Shown: positions 1 through 9,482 of the stretch, piece by piece
Layout of the letters: each line of letters starts with the position of its first letter
Position numbering within the stretch: position 1 is the stretch's first letter
Assembly: GCA_038230375.1 (NCBI GenBank)
Contig: JBBRNJ010000022.1
Span: 1-64,000, forward strand
Direction of reading: 5' to 3'
Origin: Polyangiales bacterium
Lineage (GTDB): Bacteria > Myxococcota_A > Polyangia > Polyangiales > Polyangiaceae
Length of the DNA stretch: 64,000 nt
Translations under genes and position numbers: made by a program
Notes under the pieces: model-generated
Told to the model about the DNA's origin: nothing
What the model saw: the letters and a program-made list of their open reading frames with translations, nothing else
Databases searched by the model: none

Positions 1-206
1 CGACCTCGACCTCGACCTCGACCTCGACCTCGACCTCGACCTCGACCTCGACCTCGACCTCGACCTCGACCGCGACCTCGACCGGCGCTCCTGCCCCCTT
101 CATCGAGCTCGTCGCTCACCTCTCCTCCCTTCCCCTTTCCCAGCTGCGCTCCACGCGCGACGGTCTCACCGCGCGCGCGATCTGGTCACCAGCGGAGGCG
201 TCGTGA
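1..206 (+). CDS. 3' end of a gene truncated by the window start, reading (TS)n-TGAPAPFIELVAHLSSLPLSQLRSTRDGLTARAIWSPAEAS*
   Basis: Frame starting at base 3 is open to TGA at 204-206, with GC-rich third positions after the repeat. The stop overlaps the GTG of the next gene (GTGA coupling). Not in the ORF track. Confidence 0.55.
   Translation, partial: TSTSTSTSTSTSTSTSTSTSTSTATSTGAPAPFIELVAHLSSLPLSQLRSTRDGLTARAIWSPAEAS
2..83 (+). repeat. (GACCTC)n hexamer microsatellite, truncated at window start
   Basis: 11 perfect copies at 2-67, then GACCGC, GACCTC, GACC. Confidence 0.97.
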
Positions 207-1444
207 GTCCGGTGCCTCCCGAGCAACGCGTCGTCATCACGGGCATGGGCGTCGTCGCGCCGAACGCGCTCGGTGTCACCGCGTTCGTGGAGGCGCTGCT
301 CGAGGGCCGCTCCGGCGTCTCCCGCATCACACATTTCGATGCGTCGCACCTTCCTACCTGCATCGCGGGTGAGGTGAAGATCAAGCTGCCCTCACCCTTG
401 CCCGATCGCAAGGTGGCCTTCCTGCTCTCCGCCGCAGAGATGGCGTGGCGTGAGGCATGCGCGAGCGGCGCGCCGCCCGCGGGGAAGGGCGGCATCGTCT
501 GTGGCGTGGGGCTCGAGCTGTTTCGCATGGAGGATCTCGTCGCTCGTGATGCGCCCGGCTTCGAGATGCCGAAGGACCGGAGAGAGCGGCTGTCGTTCAT
601 GCAGACGCCCTCCGACCTTGCGCTCTCCATCGTCAGCCATCGCCTGGGCCTGCGGCGGCCGCCTGTTGCGCATGTGAGCGCGTGCGCGGCAGGCACGGAT
701 GCGCTCGGGCACGCCATGCGGCTGGTACGCAGCGGTCGCTACGACTTCGCGCTCGCGGGCGGCACGGACTCCATGGTGAACCCGCTCGGCGTCGCCGGCT
801 TCTGCACACTGCAGGCGACCAGCACCCGCAACGACGAGCCCACGAAGGCGTCGCGACCATTCGATCGCACACGCGACGGCTTCGTGATGGGCGAGGGCGC
901 TGGCGTGCTGGTGCTGGAGCGACTCGATCGTGCTCGGGCGCGCGGCGCCGAGGTGCTCGGCGAGGTGCGTGGCTACGGCGCATCGCTGGATGCACACGGC
1001 ATCAGCGAGCCGCATCCAGAGGGACGCGGCGCCGCTGCCGCCATGTCGCGCGCGCTCCGCGACGCAGGCCTCTCGCCAGAGGACATTGACGCGATCAACG
1101 CGCACGGCACCAGCACCCCCAAGAACGACCCGGTCGAGACGCTGGCCATCAAGACGGTCTTCGGCGAGCGCGCGAAGCGAATCCCGGTCTCCGCCACCAA
1201 GTCGATGATCGGCCACCTCATCAGCGCAGCGGGCGCGGTGGAGGCGATCGCGGCGCTGGGCTGCGCAAACCGTGGATACGTGCATCCTACAATCAATCTG
1301 ACCTCACCCGATCCCGCGTGCGATCTGGACTACGTGGCCACGGGCGCGCGACGCCACGCACAGAAATACCTGCTCTCCGCGTCTTATGGCTTCGGCGGGC
1401 ACAACGCGGCGATCATCCTTGGTACGAAGGAGGCGCTCTCATGA
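203..1444 (+). CDS. Beta-ketoacyl-ACP synthase, FabF-like
   Basis: RVVITGMG, SACAAG (catalytic Cys), AHGTST and GHLISAAG (His-His), SRPFD, GFGGHN. GGAGG upstream of GTG. Confidence 0.92.
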   Translation: MSPVPPEQRVVITGMGVVAPNALGVTAFVEALLEGRSGVSRITHFDASHLPTCIAGEVKIKLPSPLPDRKVAFLLSAAEMAWREACASGAPPAGKGGIVCGVGLELFRMEDLVARDAPGFEMPKDRRERLSFMQTPSDLALSIVSHRLGLRRPPVAHVSACAAGTDALGHAMRLVRSGRYDFALAGGTDSMVNPLGVAGFCTLQATSTRNDEPTKASRPFDRTRDGFVMGEGAGVLVLERLDRARARGAEVLGEVRGYGASLDAHGISEPHPEGRGAAAAMSRALRDAGLSPEDIDAINAHGTSTPKNDPVETLAIKTVFGERAKRIPVSATKSMIGHLISAAGAVEAIAALGCANRGYVHPTINLTSPDPACDLDYVATGARRHAQKYLLSASYGFGGHNAAIILGTKEALS

Positions 1445-2175
1445 CCGACCTTCTGGGAAAGCGCATCGTGGTTCTGGGCGCCACGGGCGGCATTGGACGC
1501 GCCACCGCGACCCTCCTCGCGACGCGCGGCGCGGTCGTGGGCATCGCAGGTCGCGACGAGGCGCGCGTGCGCGAATGCGCTTCTGCGATGACGGGAGCTC
1601 ACGCTGCCGTTCCGCTCGTGTGCGACGCGCGCGATGCCGTGTCTCTCCAGCGCGCGGCGGACTCGTTCGCGGAGGGCGGCGGGCTCTCGGGCTGGGTGAA
1701 CGCGTTCGGGATCTTTCGCGGCGGACTCCTGGTGGTGCAGGAGGACGCGGCGATCGACGAGCTCTGCGCCGTGAACCTGCTGGGAACCATCCATGCGACC
1801 AGGGCGGCGCTCCGCTGCATGCTGAAGGCGCGGAGCGGCGTGGTCGTCAACGTCAGCTCCAGCGCCGCTGTCAGACCGGCGCGCGGCGCGTCCGTGTACG
1901 CCGCCACCAAGGGCGCGATCGAGTCGTTCACGCTGGCGATCGCGAAGGAGTACGCGAAGAAGGGCATCCGCGCGGTGTGCGTGCGGCCAGGTCCCGTGGA
2001 CACCGCGATGCTCGAGGGCACCGCTTCGTTGTCGAAGGAAGAGGTCCTTGCGAGCTCCGCGCTCGCACGCGTTGCGCGCCCCGACGAGGTGGCCCGGGTG
2101 ATCGCCTTCCTCCTGTCCGACGACGCATCGTTCGTGACCGGAAGCGTGCACGCAGTTGACGGAGGGGCACCATGA
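1441..2175 (+). CDS. SDR oxidoreductase, FabG-like ketoreductase
   Basis: GATGGIG Rossmann motif, YAATK, PGPVDT, VDGG. ATG overlaps the KS stop. Confidence 0.88.
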   Translation: MTDLLGKRIVVLGATGGIGRATATLLATRGAVVGIAGRDEARVRECASAMTGAHAAVPLVCDARDAVSLQRAADSFAEGGGLSGWVNAFGIFRGGLLVVQEDAAIDELCAVNLLGTIHATRAALRCMLKARSGVVVNVSSSAAVRPARGASVYAATKGAIESFTLAIAKEYAKKGIRAVCVRPGPVDTAMLEGTASLSKEEVLASSALARVARPDEVARVIAFLLSDDASFVTGSVHAVDGGAP

Positions 2176-2822
2176 GCGAAGCGAACCAGGTGGAGGCGCT
2201 GTTCTCGTTGCTCCGCGAGCGTCGCAGCGTCCGCGCGTTCAAGGACGAACCATTGCCGCGCGAGCTGCTCGAGAAGGTGCTCGACGCAGCGGTCCTTGCT
2301 CCTTCGGCGAGCAACAAGCAGCCGTGGCGCTTCTTCGTGATGGAGGACCGCGCGAAGCTCCGTGCGCTGGCCGCCGAGGTGCGCGCGGAGAAGGAGCGCA
2401 TCGGCGCGCACATCCCCGCGGACTTCGCGCCCTCCTTCCTGGCCTATGGCGACTACTTCACGCGCTTCGAGAACGCGCCCGTGGTGCTCGCACCCGCCGC
2501 GCGCCCGCTCACCGTGCTGTCCAATCTGGTGTCGGATGCGCTTGACCAGACGACGCGCACCACCATCTCGCGCATGGAGGAAGAGTCGGGCCTCATTGGC
2601 ACGTCACTCGCGATCGGCAATCTGCTCCTGTGTGCGCACGCGCTCGGCCTTGGCGCCTCGGCCATGACGGGTCCGATGATCGCGCGCGCGCAGGTCACAA
2701 AGGCGTTCGGCGTGCCGGACGGATGGAGCGTGGTGGCGCTGGTCGCACTCGGCTATCCTGCCGAGGTGCCCGACAGGACGGAACGCAAGGACGCGAAGAG
2801 CGTCACCAGGTACGTGAAATGA
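2172..2822 (+). CDS. Nitroreductase-family flavoprotein
   Basis: RRSVRAF, APSASNKQPWRF, LGLG, LGYP. Confidence 0.88.
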   Translation: MSEANQVEALFSLLRERRSVRAFKDEPLPRELLEKVLDAAVLAPSASNKQPWRFFVMEDRAKLRALAAEVRAEKERIGAHIPADFAPSFLAYGDYFTRFENAPVVLAPAARPLTVLSNLVSDALDQTTRTTISRMEEESGLIGTSLAIGNLLLCAHALGLGASAMTGPMIARAQVTKAFGVPDGWSVVALVALGYPAEVPDRTERKDAKSVTRYVK

Positions 2823-3259
2823 CGGCGACCGAAGCCACGACCGAAGCCGCGACCGATCCGCTGCGAGCGCGCGTCCTTCCCGTGGTGCGTGCAGCCATCC
2901 GCGAGAGCCTCGCCATCCCGGACGGCGAGATCACCATGGGCTCGCGCCTCATCGACGATCTGGGCGCGGATTCCCTGGATTTCGTGGACATCGTCTTCAC
3001 GCTGGACCGCGAGCTCGAGATCAAGGTGAAGGACAGCGAGTTCAACTTCCTCACGCGCCTGGATTTCTCCTCTCCGGAGGTGATGAAGGCGGGTCACCTG
3101 ACCGTGCCCATCGTGGAGCGCCTCTCCTTGTGGCTGCCCGAGCTCGCCAGGGTAGAGGACAAGAGCACCGTCACGCCGCGCCGCCTGTTCTCGTTCATCA
3201 CGGTCGAGTCGATCTGCATCGTCGCCGAGGCACGCATGCGCGAGCTCGGCAAGGCGTAG
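2819..3259 (+). CDS. Long acyl carrier protein (146 aa)
   Basis: DLGADSLDFVDIVF phosphopantetheine site. ATG at 2819 overlaps the upstream TGA. Confidence 0.85.
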   Translation: MTATEATTEAATDPLRARVLPVVRAAIRESLAIPDGEITMGSRLIDDLGADSLDFVDIVFTLDRELEIKVKDSEFNFLTRLDFSSPEVMKAGHLTVPIVERLSLWLPELARVEDKSTVTPRRLFSFITVESICIVAEARMRELGKA

Positions 3260-3268
3260 GCTCTGACG

Positions 3269-4510
3269 ATGGGGCAACCAGTGTTCTTCCTTGGCGGGGC
3301 GCAGACCGACTTCGCTCGCAACCTGGCACGTGAAGGCAAGGAGCTGTGCGACCTCACACGGGACGCGACGCTGGCCGCCGTGGAGGACGCGCGGGTGCCG
3401 CTCTCCTCCATCGCGAGCATCCATGTGGGAAACGCATTTGGCGAGCTCTTCACGGGGCAGGCGCAGATGGGCGCGCTGCCCGCCACGATGGTACCTGAGC
3501 TCCGCGGCATTCCTTCCGCACGGCACGAGGGCGCGTGCGCATCGGGCAGCCTCGCGCTGCTCGCGGCCGCCGCGGAGATCGAGGCCGAGCGCTACGACTG
3601 CATCCTGATCGTCGGCGCGGAGCAGGAGCGCAACGTCCCCGGTGATGTCGCCGCCAAGAACCTTGGCAGCGCCGCGTGGGTCGGTCACGAGGGCAAGGAC
3701 GCACGCTACCTGTGGCCGCACATGTTCTCTCGCATCACCGACGAGCTACGCAAGGACGGGAAAACTCCCACCCGCGCGCACCTCGCCGCGATCGCGGAGA
3801 AGAATTTCAAGAACGCGAAGAAGAACCCGCTCGCCCAGACGCGCGGCTGGACCTTCCCGAACGGCGCGTTCCACGACGACGACGAGAAGAACCCGATCGT
3901 GGAAGGCAACGTGCGCAGGCAGGACTGCGGGCAGGTCACGGACGGCGCCGCGGCCATCGTCCTCGCGTCCGCATCCTTTGCAGCGGCGCATGCACGGAGG
4001 ACCGGGCGCGATCTGTCACGCATGCCGCGAATCCTTGGCTGGGGTCACCGGAGCTCGTCGCTCGCGCTCGACCACAAGCTCCCGTCCGCAGGATCGCCTC
4101 GCAGCGAGTACCTGCTTCCACACCTGCGCCAGGCCATCACGGATGCTTACAGGCGCGCGGAGATCGCGGGGCCGTTCGAGCTCGACGGCATCGAGACGCA
4201 TGACTGCTTCACGGTCACCGAGTACCTCGCGCTCGACCATCTTGGCATCACAGCCCCGGGCGAGGCGTTCCGTGCGATCGAGGAGCGCACGTGCGAGCTC
4301 GGCGGCAAGCTCCCCGTGAACCCCAGCGGCGGGCTGATCGGCGGCGGACATCCCGTGGGTGCGACCGGCGTGCGCATGGCGCTCGATGCCTGTCGTCAGA
4401 TCGAGGGGCGCGCGGGCGACATGCAGATCGCAAACGCACGCCGCTTCGGGACGCTCAACATCGGCGGAAGCACCACCACCGTTGTCTCGTTCGTCTGGGG
4501 CGCCTCCTGA
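3269..4510 (+). CDS. Thiolase, SCP2/lipid-transfer type
   Basis: EGACASG, HDCF, VNPSGGL, GHPVGATG. Confidence 0.9.
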   Translation: MGQPVFFLGGAQTDFARNLAREGKELCDLTRDATLAAVEDARVPLSSIASIHVGNAFGELFTGQAQMGALPATMVPELRGIPSARHEGACASGSLALLAAAAEIEAERYDCILIVGAEQERNVPGDVAAKNLGSAAWVGHEGKDARYLWPHMFSRITDELRKDGKTPTRAHLAAIAEKNFKNAKKNPLAQTRGWTFPNGAFHDDDEKNPIVEGNVRRQDCGQVTDGAAAIVLASASFAAAHARRTGRDLSRMPRILGWGHRSSSLALDHKLPSAGSPRSEYLLPHLRQAITDAYRRAEIAGPFELDGIETHDCFTVTEYLALDHLGITAPGEAFRAIEERTCELGGKLPVNPSGGLIGGGHPVGATGVRMALDACRQIEGRAGDMQIANARRFGTLNIGGSTTTVVSFVWGAS

Positions 4511-5979
4511 TGAGGGTCGAGGTCAAGAACCGCTACGTCTCCCACCTGCCGTCGCCGGATCCCCATCCATATCGCACGGGCGCGTGGACGCCGAACACCG
4601 TGGAGGTCGACGCGTTCGACCTGGACGTCATCGACGGGACGATCCCCGACGACCTCACGGGCGTCTACCTGCGCAACACGGAGAACCCGCTCTTCGAGGC
4701 CATCAGCGGCCGCTACCACCCGTTCGACGGCGACGGGATGCTCCACGCCATTCGCTTCGACGGCGGCAAGGCTCACTATCGCAACCGCTTCGTTCGCACG
4801 CAGGGGCTCGCGGCCGAGCTCGCCGCAGGTGCGCCGCAATGGGCAGGGATCCTCGAACCCGCGTCGCTGTCACTTCGCGATGGCTGGGGCGCGCGCACGC
4901 GCATGAAGGACGCGTCCAGCACGGACGTGATCGTGCACGCTGGCCGTGCGCTCACCACCTTCTACCAGTGCGGCGACGCCTACGTGGTGGATCCCCTGAC
5001 GCTGGAGACCCGCGGCATAGCTCCGCTCTCGCATCCTTCGTTCGCGCCCGGCGCCACCATCTCCGCGCACCCGAAGGTCGATCACAGAACGGGCGAGCTG
5101 CTCTTCTTCAACTACTCGACCGAGGCGCCCTACTGCCACGTGGGCATCGCGAGCCCGAACGGCGAGCTCGTTCGCACGATCCCCGTCGCGCTGCCGGGAC
5201 CACGACTCCCGCACGACATGGCGTTCACGGAGCGCTTCGCGATCATCGGTGATTTTCCGCTCTTCTGGGATCCGGCGCGCCTCGCGCAGGGCGTCCACCG
5301 CGCGAAGTACCAGCCGGAGCTCGGCTCCCGCTTCGGGCTGGTCCCGCGCGATGCCTCCGGTGACATCAAGTGGTTCACCTTCGCCCCCACGTACGTCCTC
5401 CACTTCACGAACGCATACGAGGACGGCGACTGGGTGATCGTGGAGGGCTATCACCAGGAGTGCCCGGTGCCGGAGCGCACACAGGAGGACACGCCCATCA
5501 CGCTCTTCATGAAGAGCCTCGATATGAAGGCGATGAAGACGCGTCATCATCGGTGGAAGATGAACGTGGCCACCGGCGAGACGCGCGAAGAGCGCCTGGA
5601 TGACGAGCTCTCCGAGTTCCCGAGCATCAACGCCGCGTTCGCGGGGCGCCGTCACCGCTACGTGTATGCGGCGCTGGGCGAGCCGGGGATGTTCCTCTTC
5701 CGCGGCTTCCTGAAGACCGACACGCTGACCGGAGCGAAGACCAGGTTCGAGCTCCCCAAGGGTGTCTACGCGAGCGAAGCGCCATTCTGCCCCCGGGCCT
5801 CCGCCACGGACGAGGATGACGGATACGTCATCACCTTCACCATCGACGTGAACGCGGATGCGTCAGAGTGCCTCCTCTTCGATGCCCGGCAGCTCGACAG
5901 CGGGCCCGTGGCGAGGATCCGCCTTCCGATGCGGATCTCGAGCGGGACACATGCAACGTGGGGTAACCTGATCCGGTGA
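4510..5979 (+). CDS. Carotenoid/stilbene cleavage oxygenase family (RPE65-like)
   Basis: HPFDGDGM, four Fe-ligand His motifs (SAHPK, PHDM, LHFTN, THATW), EFPSIN, SEAPF. Confidence 0.92.
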   Translation: MRVEVKNRYVSHLPSPDPHPYRTGAWTPNTVEVDAFDLDVIDGTIPDDLTGVYLRNTENPLFEAISGRYHPFDGDGMLHAIRFDGGKAHYRNRFVRTQGLAAELAAGAPQWAGILEPASLSLRDGWGARTRMKDASSTDVIVHAGRALTTFYQCGDAYVVDPLTLETRGIAPLSHPSFAPGATISAHPKVDHRTGELLFFNYSTEAPYCHVGIASPNGELVRTIPVALPGPRLPHDMAFTERFAIIGDFPLFWDPARLAQGVHRAKYQPELGSRFGLVPRDASGDIKWFTFAPTYVLHFTNAYEDGDWVIVEGYHQECPVPERTQEDTPITLFMKSLDMKAMKTRHHRWKMNVATGETREERLDDELSEFPSINAAFAGRRHRYVYAALGEPGMFLFRGFLKTDTLTGAKTRFELPKGVYASEAPFCPRASATDEDDGYVITFTIDVNADASECLLFDARQLDSGPVARIRLPMRISSGTHATWGNLIR

Positions 5980-5987
5980 GACCATCC

Positions 5988-6503
5988 ATGAGGCGTCGGT
6001 ACGTGGCCTTCACCATGTTCGCGTCCGCGCTGTTCCTGTACGGCTGCCACGGCACCTGCATGCACGAGGGAACGCAGAAGGACTCCGATGTGAGCACGTG
6101 CACGCTCAACCAGGGCAAGGGCATCTGCAAGGACCAGTTGGGCTCCACGTTCTATTCGGGAGAGGATCCCAACAAGGTCGGCCTCGCGCACTGCAAGGCG
6201 ATGGGCTTCGAGACCGAGGTCGCCGACACGCCCGAGAAGATCGCGGCGGACCTCAAGGAGAAGGACACGTTCACGCTCTACGCCGTGGGAACGTGCGTCG
6301 AGACCATCGCAGCGAGTAGCCAGGAGCAGTGCATCGTTCACTGGCAAGAGCAGGCCTGCAATCAGGCGGGGCATCAGTTCTTCCGGGAGAGCGCGGCGGC
6401 CGGCATCACGCGGTGCCAGGCGGCCGGCTACGGCATCACAGGCTCGCCCACGGATGACATCACCAAGACCGGCAGCGCCATGTTCTCCCGCAAGAAGAAG
6501 TAG
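5988..6503 (+). CDS. Cys-rich hypothetical lipoprotein
   Basis: Basic N-region, hydrophobic stretch, FLYGC lipobox. Alternative GTG start at 5976. Confidence 0.65.
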   Translation: MRRRYVAFTMFASALFLYGCHGTCMHEGTQKDSDVSTCTLNQGKGICKDQLGSTFYSGEDPNKVGLAHCKAMGFETEVADTPEKIAADLKEKDTFTLYAVGTCVETIAASSQEQCIVHWQEQACNQAGHQFFRESAAAGITRCQAAGYGITGSPTDDITKTGSAMFSRKKK

Positions 6504-6535
6504 CGGGCCGCCGGTCGCCACGCTACGTAGGCGGG

Positions 6536-8266
6536 ATGGGTAAGCTCAGGGGAACGGTGGCGGCCATTGTCGCCGTCGCGGTGCTCGCGGTCGCATGCGG
6601 CTCGAACGGCAAGAACGGCTTCGGTACTGGGGACGACGGTGGCGTCGACCCGAGCCTCAGCGGTGACGGCGGGCCCAAGCTCGGCGCTCAGGGCTGCGTC
6701 GACGGGAAGATCTGCGTGGGTCAGGACATCTACGCCTGCGGCGCCGACGGCAAATCCAACGGCATGAAGGTGGGCAGCTGCCCCGACGCGGACCAGGCGT
6801 GCATCAACGGCGCGTGCCAGACCGGGTGTGAGGCCGTCTCTCAGCTGGGCTCCAACGTCGGCTGCGAGTTCTGGGCGGTCGATCTGGATCAGGAGTACGA
6901 CTTCTCGAACGACGCGGCTGGCGCGGCGTGGGGTGTCGTGATCGCGAACCCGGGCAAGCAGCCCGCGGACATCCTGATCGAGCAGAACGACGCGCAGCCT
7001 GGACAGCCGCCGACCATCACGCTGGCGAAACACATCGTGGTGTCGAGCGGCAACGTCCAGACCGTCAGCATGCCTACGCGCGAGGTCGACGGCAGCCTCA
7101 TGGGCAAGAACGAGGGCGCGGGCACGGTGCTCTCGTCGCGCGCGTTCCGGATCACGTCGTCGGCGCCCGTGGTCGTCTATCAGCTGAACGCGCTGGCGCA
7201 GACGTTCTCGAACGACGGCTCGCTCCTGATCCCGAAGAACGGGCTTGGCAAGGTGCACCGCGTGCTGTCGTACCCCACGGGCAATCCCATCTCCGTCGTC
7301 ATGGGCATGCCGGTCAGCCGCGCGTACATCACCGTGGTGGGCGTGGAGTCCGGCACCAACGTCACCGTGAAGACCAGCACGCCCACGAAGGCGGGGCCTC
7401 CGTATCCCGCGTTCGCGAAGGACGGCGTGGTCAACGTCACGCTCGGTCCGTTCGACGTACTGAACCTGGAGTCCGACGGCTTGCCGGGCGACTTCTCCGG
7501 CTCCACCGTGATCGCAGATCATCCCGTGGTGGTGTTCACCGGGACGGAGCTCTCCGGCGCGCCCAACAACACGAAGGGGATCCCGAGCCCACCCGGCGGC
7601 GGCGGCACATGCTGCCTGGATCACCTTGAGGAGCAGCTCTTCCCGGTGGAGTCGTACGGGAAGAACTTCGCCATCCCGCACAGCCCGATCCGCTCCAACA
7701 CCAGCTACGTCGAACCGGACGTGATCCGCATCATGGGCGTGGCCACGACCGCCACAGTGAAGACGAACCTTGCTCCACCGAACGACAGCTTCACGCTGGC
7801 GCCAGGCCAGGTGCTGGAGACGTGGACGCAGAAGGACTTCGTCCTGGAGTCCAGCGAGCCCGTCGCCGTGTCCCAGATCCTGGTCTCGCAGGAGCAGGTG
7901 GACGGGCCGTACACCGGCGATCCGTCGCTCACGATCTTCCCCGCTGTGGAGCAGTTCCGCCAGAACTACCTGTTCGCCGTACCCACGTCCTGGGACACGA
8001 ACTACATCGTGATCACCATGCCGAAGGGCGCAGCGATCACCGTTGACGGTGCACCGATCCCTGGCTCGTGCGTCACACGCACTACTGGCAACGTTGCCAA
8101 TACGGACTGGGAGTCCCACACATGCCCGCTCACCGCGGGCCCGCACAAGCTTGCAGGTGACAAGCCGTTCGGGATCACCGCGTACGGCTACGGACGAGCG
8201 GGGTCATACGCGTTTGTGGGCGGGGCGAACGTGACCAAGATCTACGAGCCACCGCCGATCAAGTAA
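6536..8266 (+). CDS. Lipoprotein with IgGFc-binding N-terminal-like domain
   Basis: LAVAC lipobox; SNVGCEFWAVDLD, FSNDGSLLIP, DHLEEQLFP, GDPSL motifs typical of myxobacterial members. Confidence 0.8.
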   Translation: MGKLRGTVAAIVAVAVLAVACGSNGKNGFGTGDDGGVDPSLSGDGGPKLGAQGCVDGKICVGQDIYACGADGKSNGMKVGSCPDADQACINGACQTGCEAVSQLGSNVGCEFWAVDLDQEYDFSNDAAGAAWGVVIANPGKQPADILIEQNDAQPGQPPTITLAKHIVVSSGNVQTVSMPTREVDGSLMGKNEGAGTVLSSRAFRITSSAPVVVYQLNALAQTFSNDGSLLIPKNGLGKVHRVLSYPTGNPISVVMGMPVSRAYITVVGVESGTNVTVKTSTPTKAGPPYPAFAKDGVVNVTLGPFDVLNLESDGLPGDFSGSTVIADHPVVVFTGTELSGAPNNTKGIPSPPGGGGTCCLDHLEEQLFPVESYGKNFAIPHSPIRSNTSYVEPDVIRIMGVATTATVKTNLAPPNDSFTLAPGQVLETWTQKDFVLESSEPVAVSQILVSQEQVDGPYTGDPSLTIFPAVEQFRQNYLFAVPTSWDTNYIVITMPKGAAITVDGAPIPGSCVTRTTGNVANTDWESHTCPLTAGPHKLAGDKPFGITAYGYGRAGSYAFVGGANVTKIYEPPPIK

Positions 8267-8290
8267 AAGACGGCGACAGCGATCACGACA

Positions 8291-8338
8291 GACCTCGACC
8301 TCGACCTCGACCTCGACCTCGACCTCGACCTCGGCCTC
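8291..8338 (+). repeat. (GACCTC)7 plus GGCCTC between convergent genes
   Basis: Direct reading; the last unit overlaps the stop of the minus-strand gene. Confidence 0.97.
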
Positions 8339-9482
8339 ACCCCTTCAGGAACACGCGCCGCAGCTCGGGGTCCGTCTTGATCCGCCAGATCCTCGCGTCC
8401 AGGAGGTAGTGCTGCAGCGCGATCCCCCAGTAGATCGCCAGCGCCAGCCGCGACACCGTGAAGGCTGGCGACCCTGACGGTGGCTGCGCTCCGAAGCCCG
8501 GGTAGATTCCCGTCAGCCACGTGAGGCCCACATAGACAACAGCGAAGCCCATGCACGTTGCCAGGTACGGCAGCGCCTTCGCCGAGAGCGTCGCAGCGAT
8601 CCCGTGCACGCTGGCGCCCGAGGCATAGCGCCGTGCGTTGTGGATGAAGACCAGCGCGATGTACTGCGTGGCGTGACAGATGCTCACGGCAGCCGTGATC
8701 ACCATGAAGGTCTGGTCCGTGCCGCGCGCGCCCGCGAAGATGGGCTCGCGTACGGAGAACACGAAGTACACGACGGCGTGGAAGAGGATGGTCGTGGCGC
8801 CGTAGTACAGCGCGGTCATGGCGCGCGCCCGCACGAGACGCACGGTGAAGAGCGCGAGCGCGAGCACCCCCACACCGGCGAGGCCACGCGCGGCGAAGAC
8901 CTCCCAGGGTTGGCTCAGTGGCGCCGCTGCGAGATCGCCGAGCATGGCCACGCGCACCGCCGGATGTACGAACAGGAAATATATGTATGGTGCATACATT
9001 GCGACATAGAAGAGCGTGCGCTCCACCCTCACGTTCGCGCGCTCGCCCTCGCGCGAGCGGTAGAGGGCGAAGATGCCCCAGCCCTGCCGGACGATGTGCC
9101 AGAAGCTGTAGAGCGTCATCAGCCCCAGAAACAGCTGGAATGGGCCGTCGTTGTGAAGCGCCGCGGACATCAGGGCTGACCCGACGGGAAAGACCACGCC
9201 CGCGGCGAGCGTGCCGTAGAGGAGACCTGGGCGCTTCTGACGCGTCTCCTTGTCCAGGAACGTGCGGGAGTAGCCCGCCATCATGTGCGGACCATCGAAG
9301 AAGAGCACGTAGCCCCAGACGATCACGAGCGGCGGAACGACGCCCAGCACGGCCAGCGCGGGGGCGGCCAGCGCGAGCAATGCGGCGCCGAAGAACATGG
9401 CGAGATCAAATCCGCGCCCGCCGATCCACGGCGTCGCACGTGTGGTGGACGACGCGGTGCTGGCGGAGGGAGCGGCGCTCAT
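8337..9482 (-). CDS. Polytopic membrane protein with His motifs, function unknown
   Basis: Multiple TM segments; GPHMM, FWHIVRQ, CHATQY, QHYLLD. Coupled to the ABC ATPase. Confidence 0.8.
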   Translation of the reverse strand: MSAAPSASTASSTTRATPWIGGRGFDLAMFFGAALLALAAPALAVLGVVPPLVIVWGYVLFFDGPHMMAGYSRTFLDKETRQKRPGLLYGTLAAGVVFPVGSALMSAALHNDGPFQLFLGLMTLYSFWHIVRQGWGIFALYRSREGERANVRVERTLFYVAMYAPYIYFLFVHPAVRVAMLGDLAAAPLSQPWEVFAARGLAGVGVLALALFTVRLVRARAMTALYYGATTILFHAVVYFVFSVREPIFAGARGTDQTFMVITAAVSICHATQYIALVFIHNARRYASGASVHGIAATLSAKALPYLATCMGFAVVYVGLTWLTGIYPGFGAQPPSGSPAFTVSRLALAIYWGIALQHYLLDARIWRIKTDPELRRVFLKG

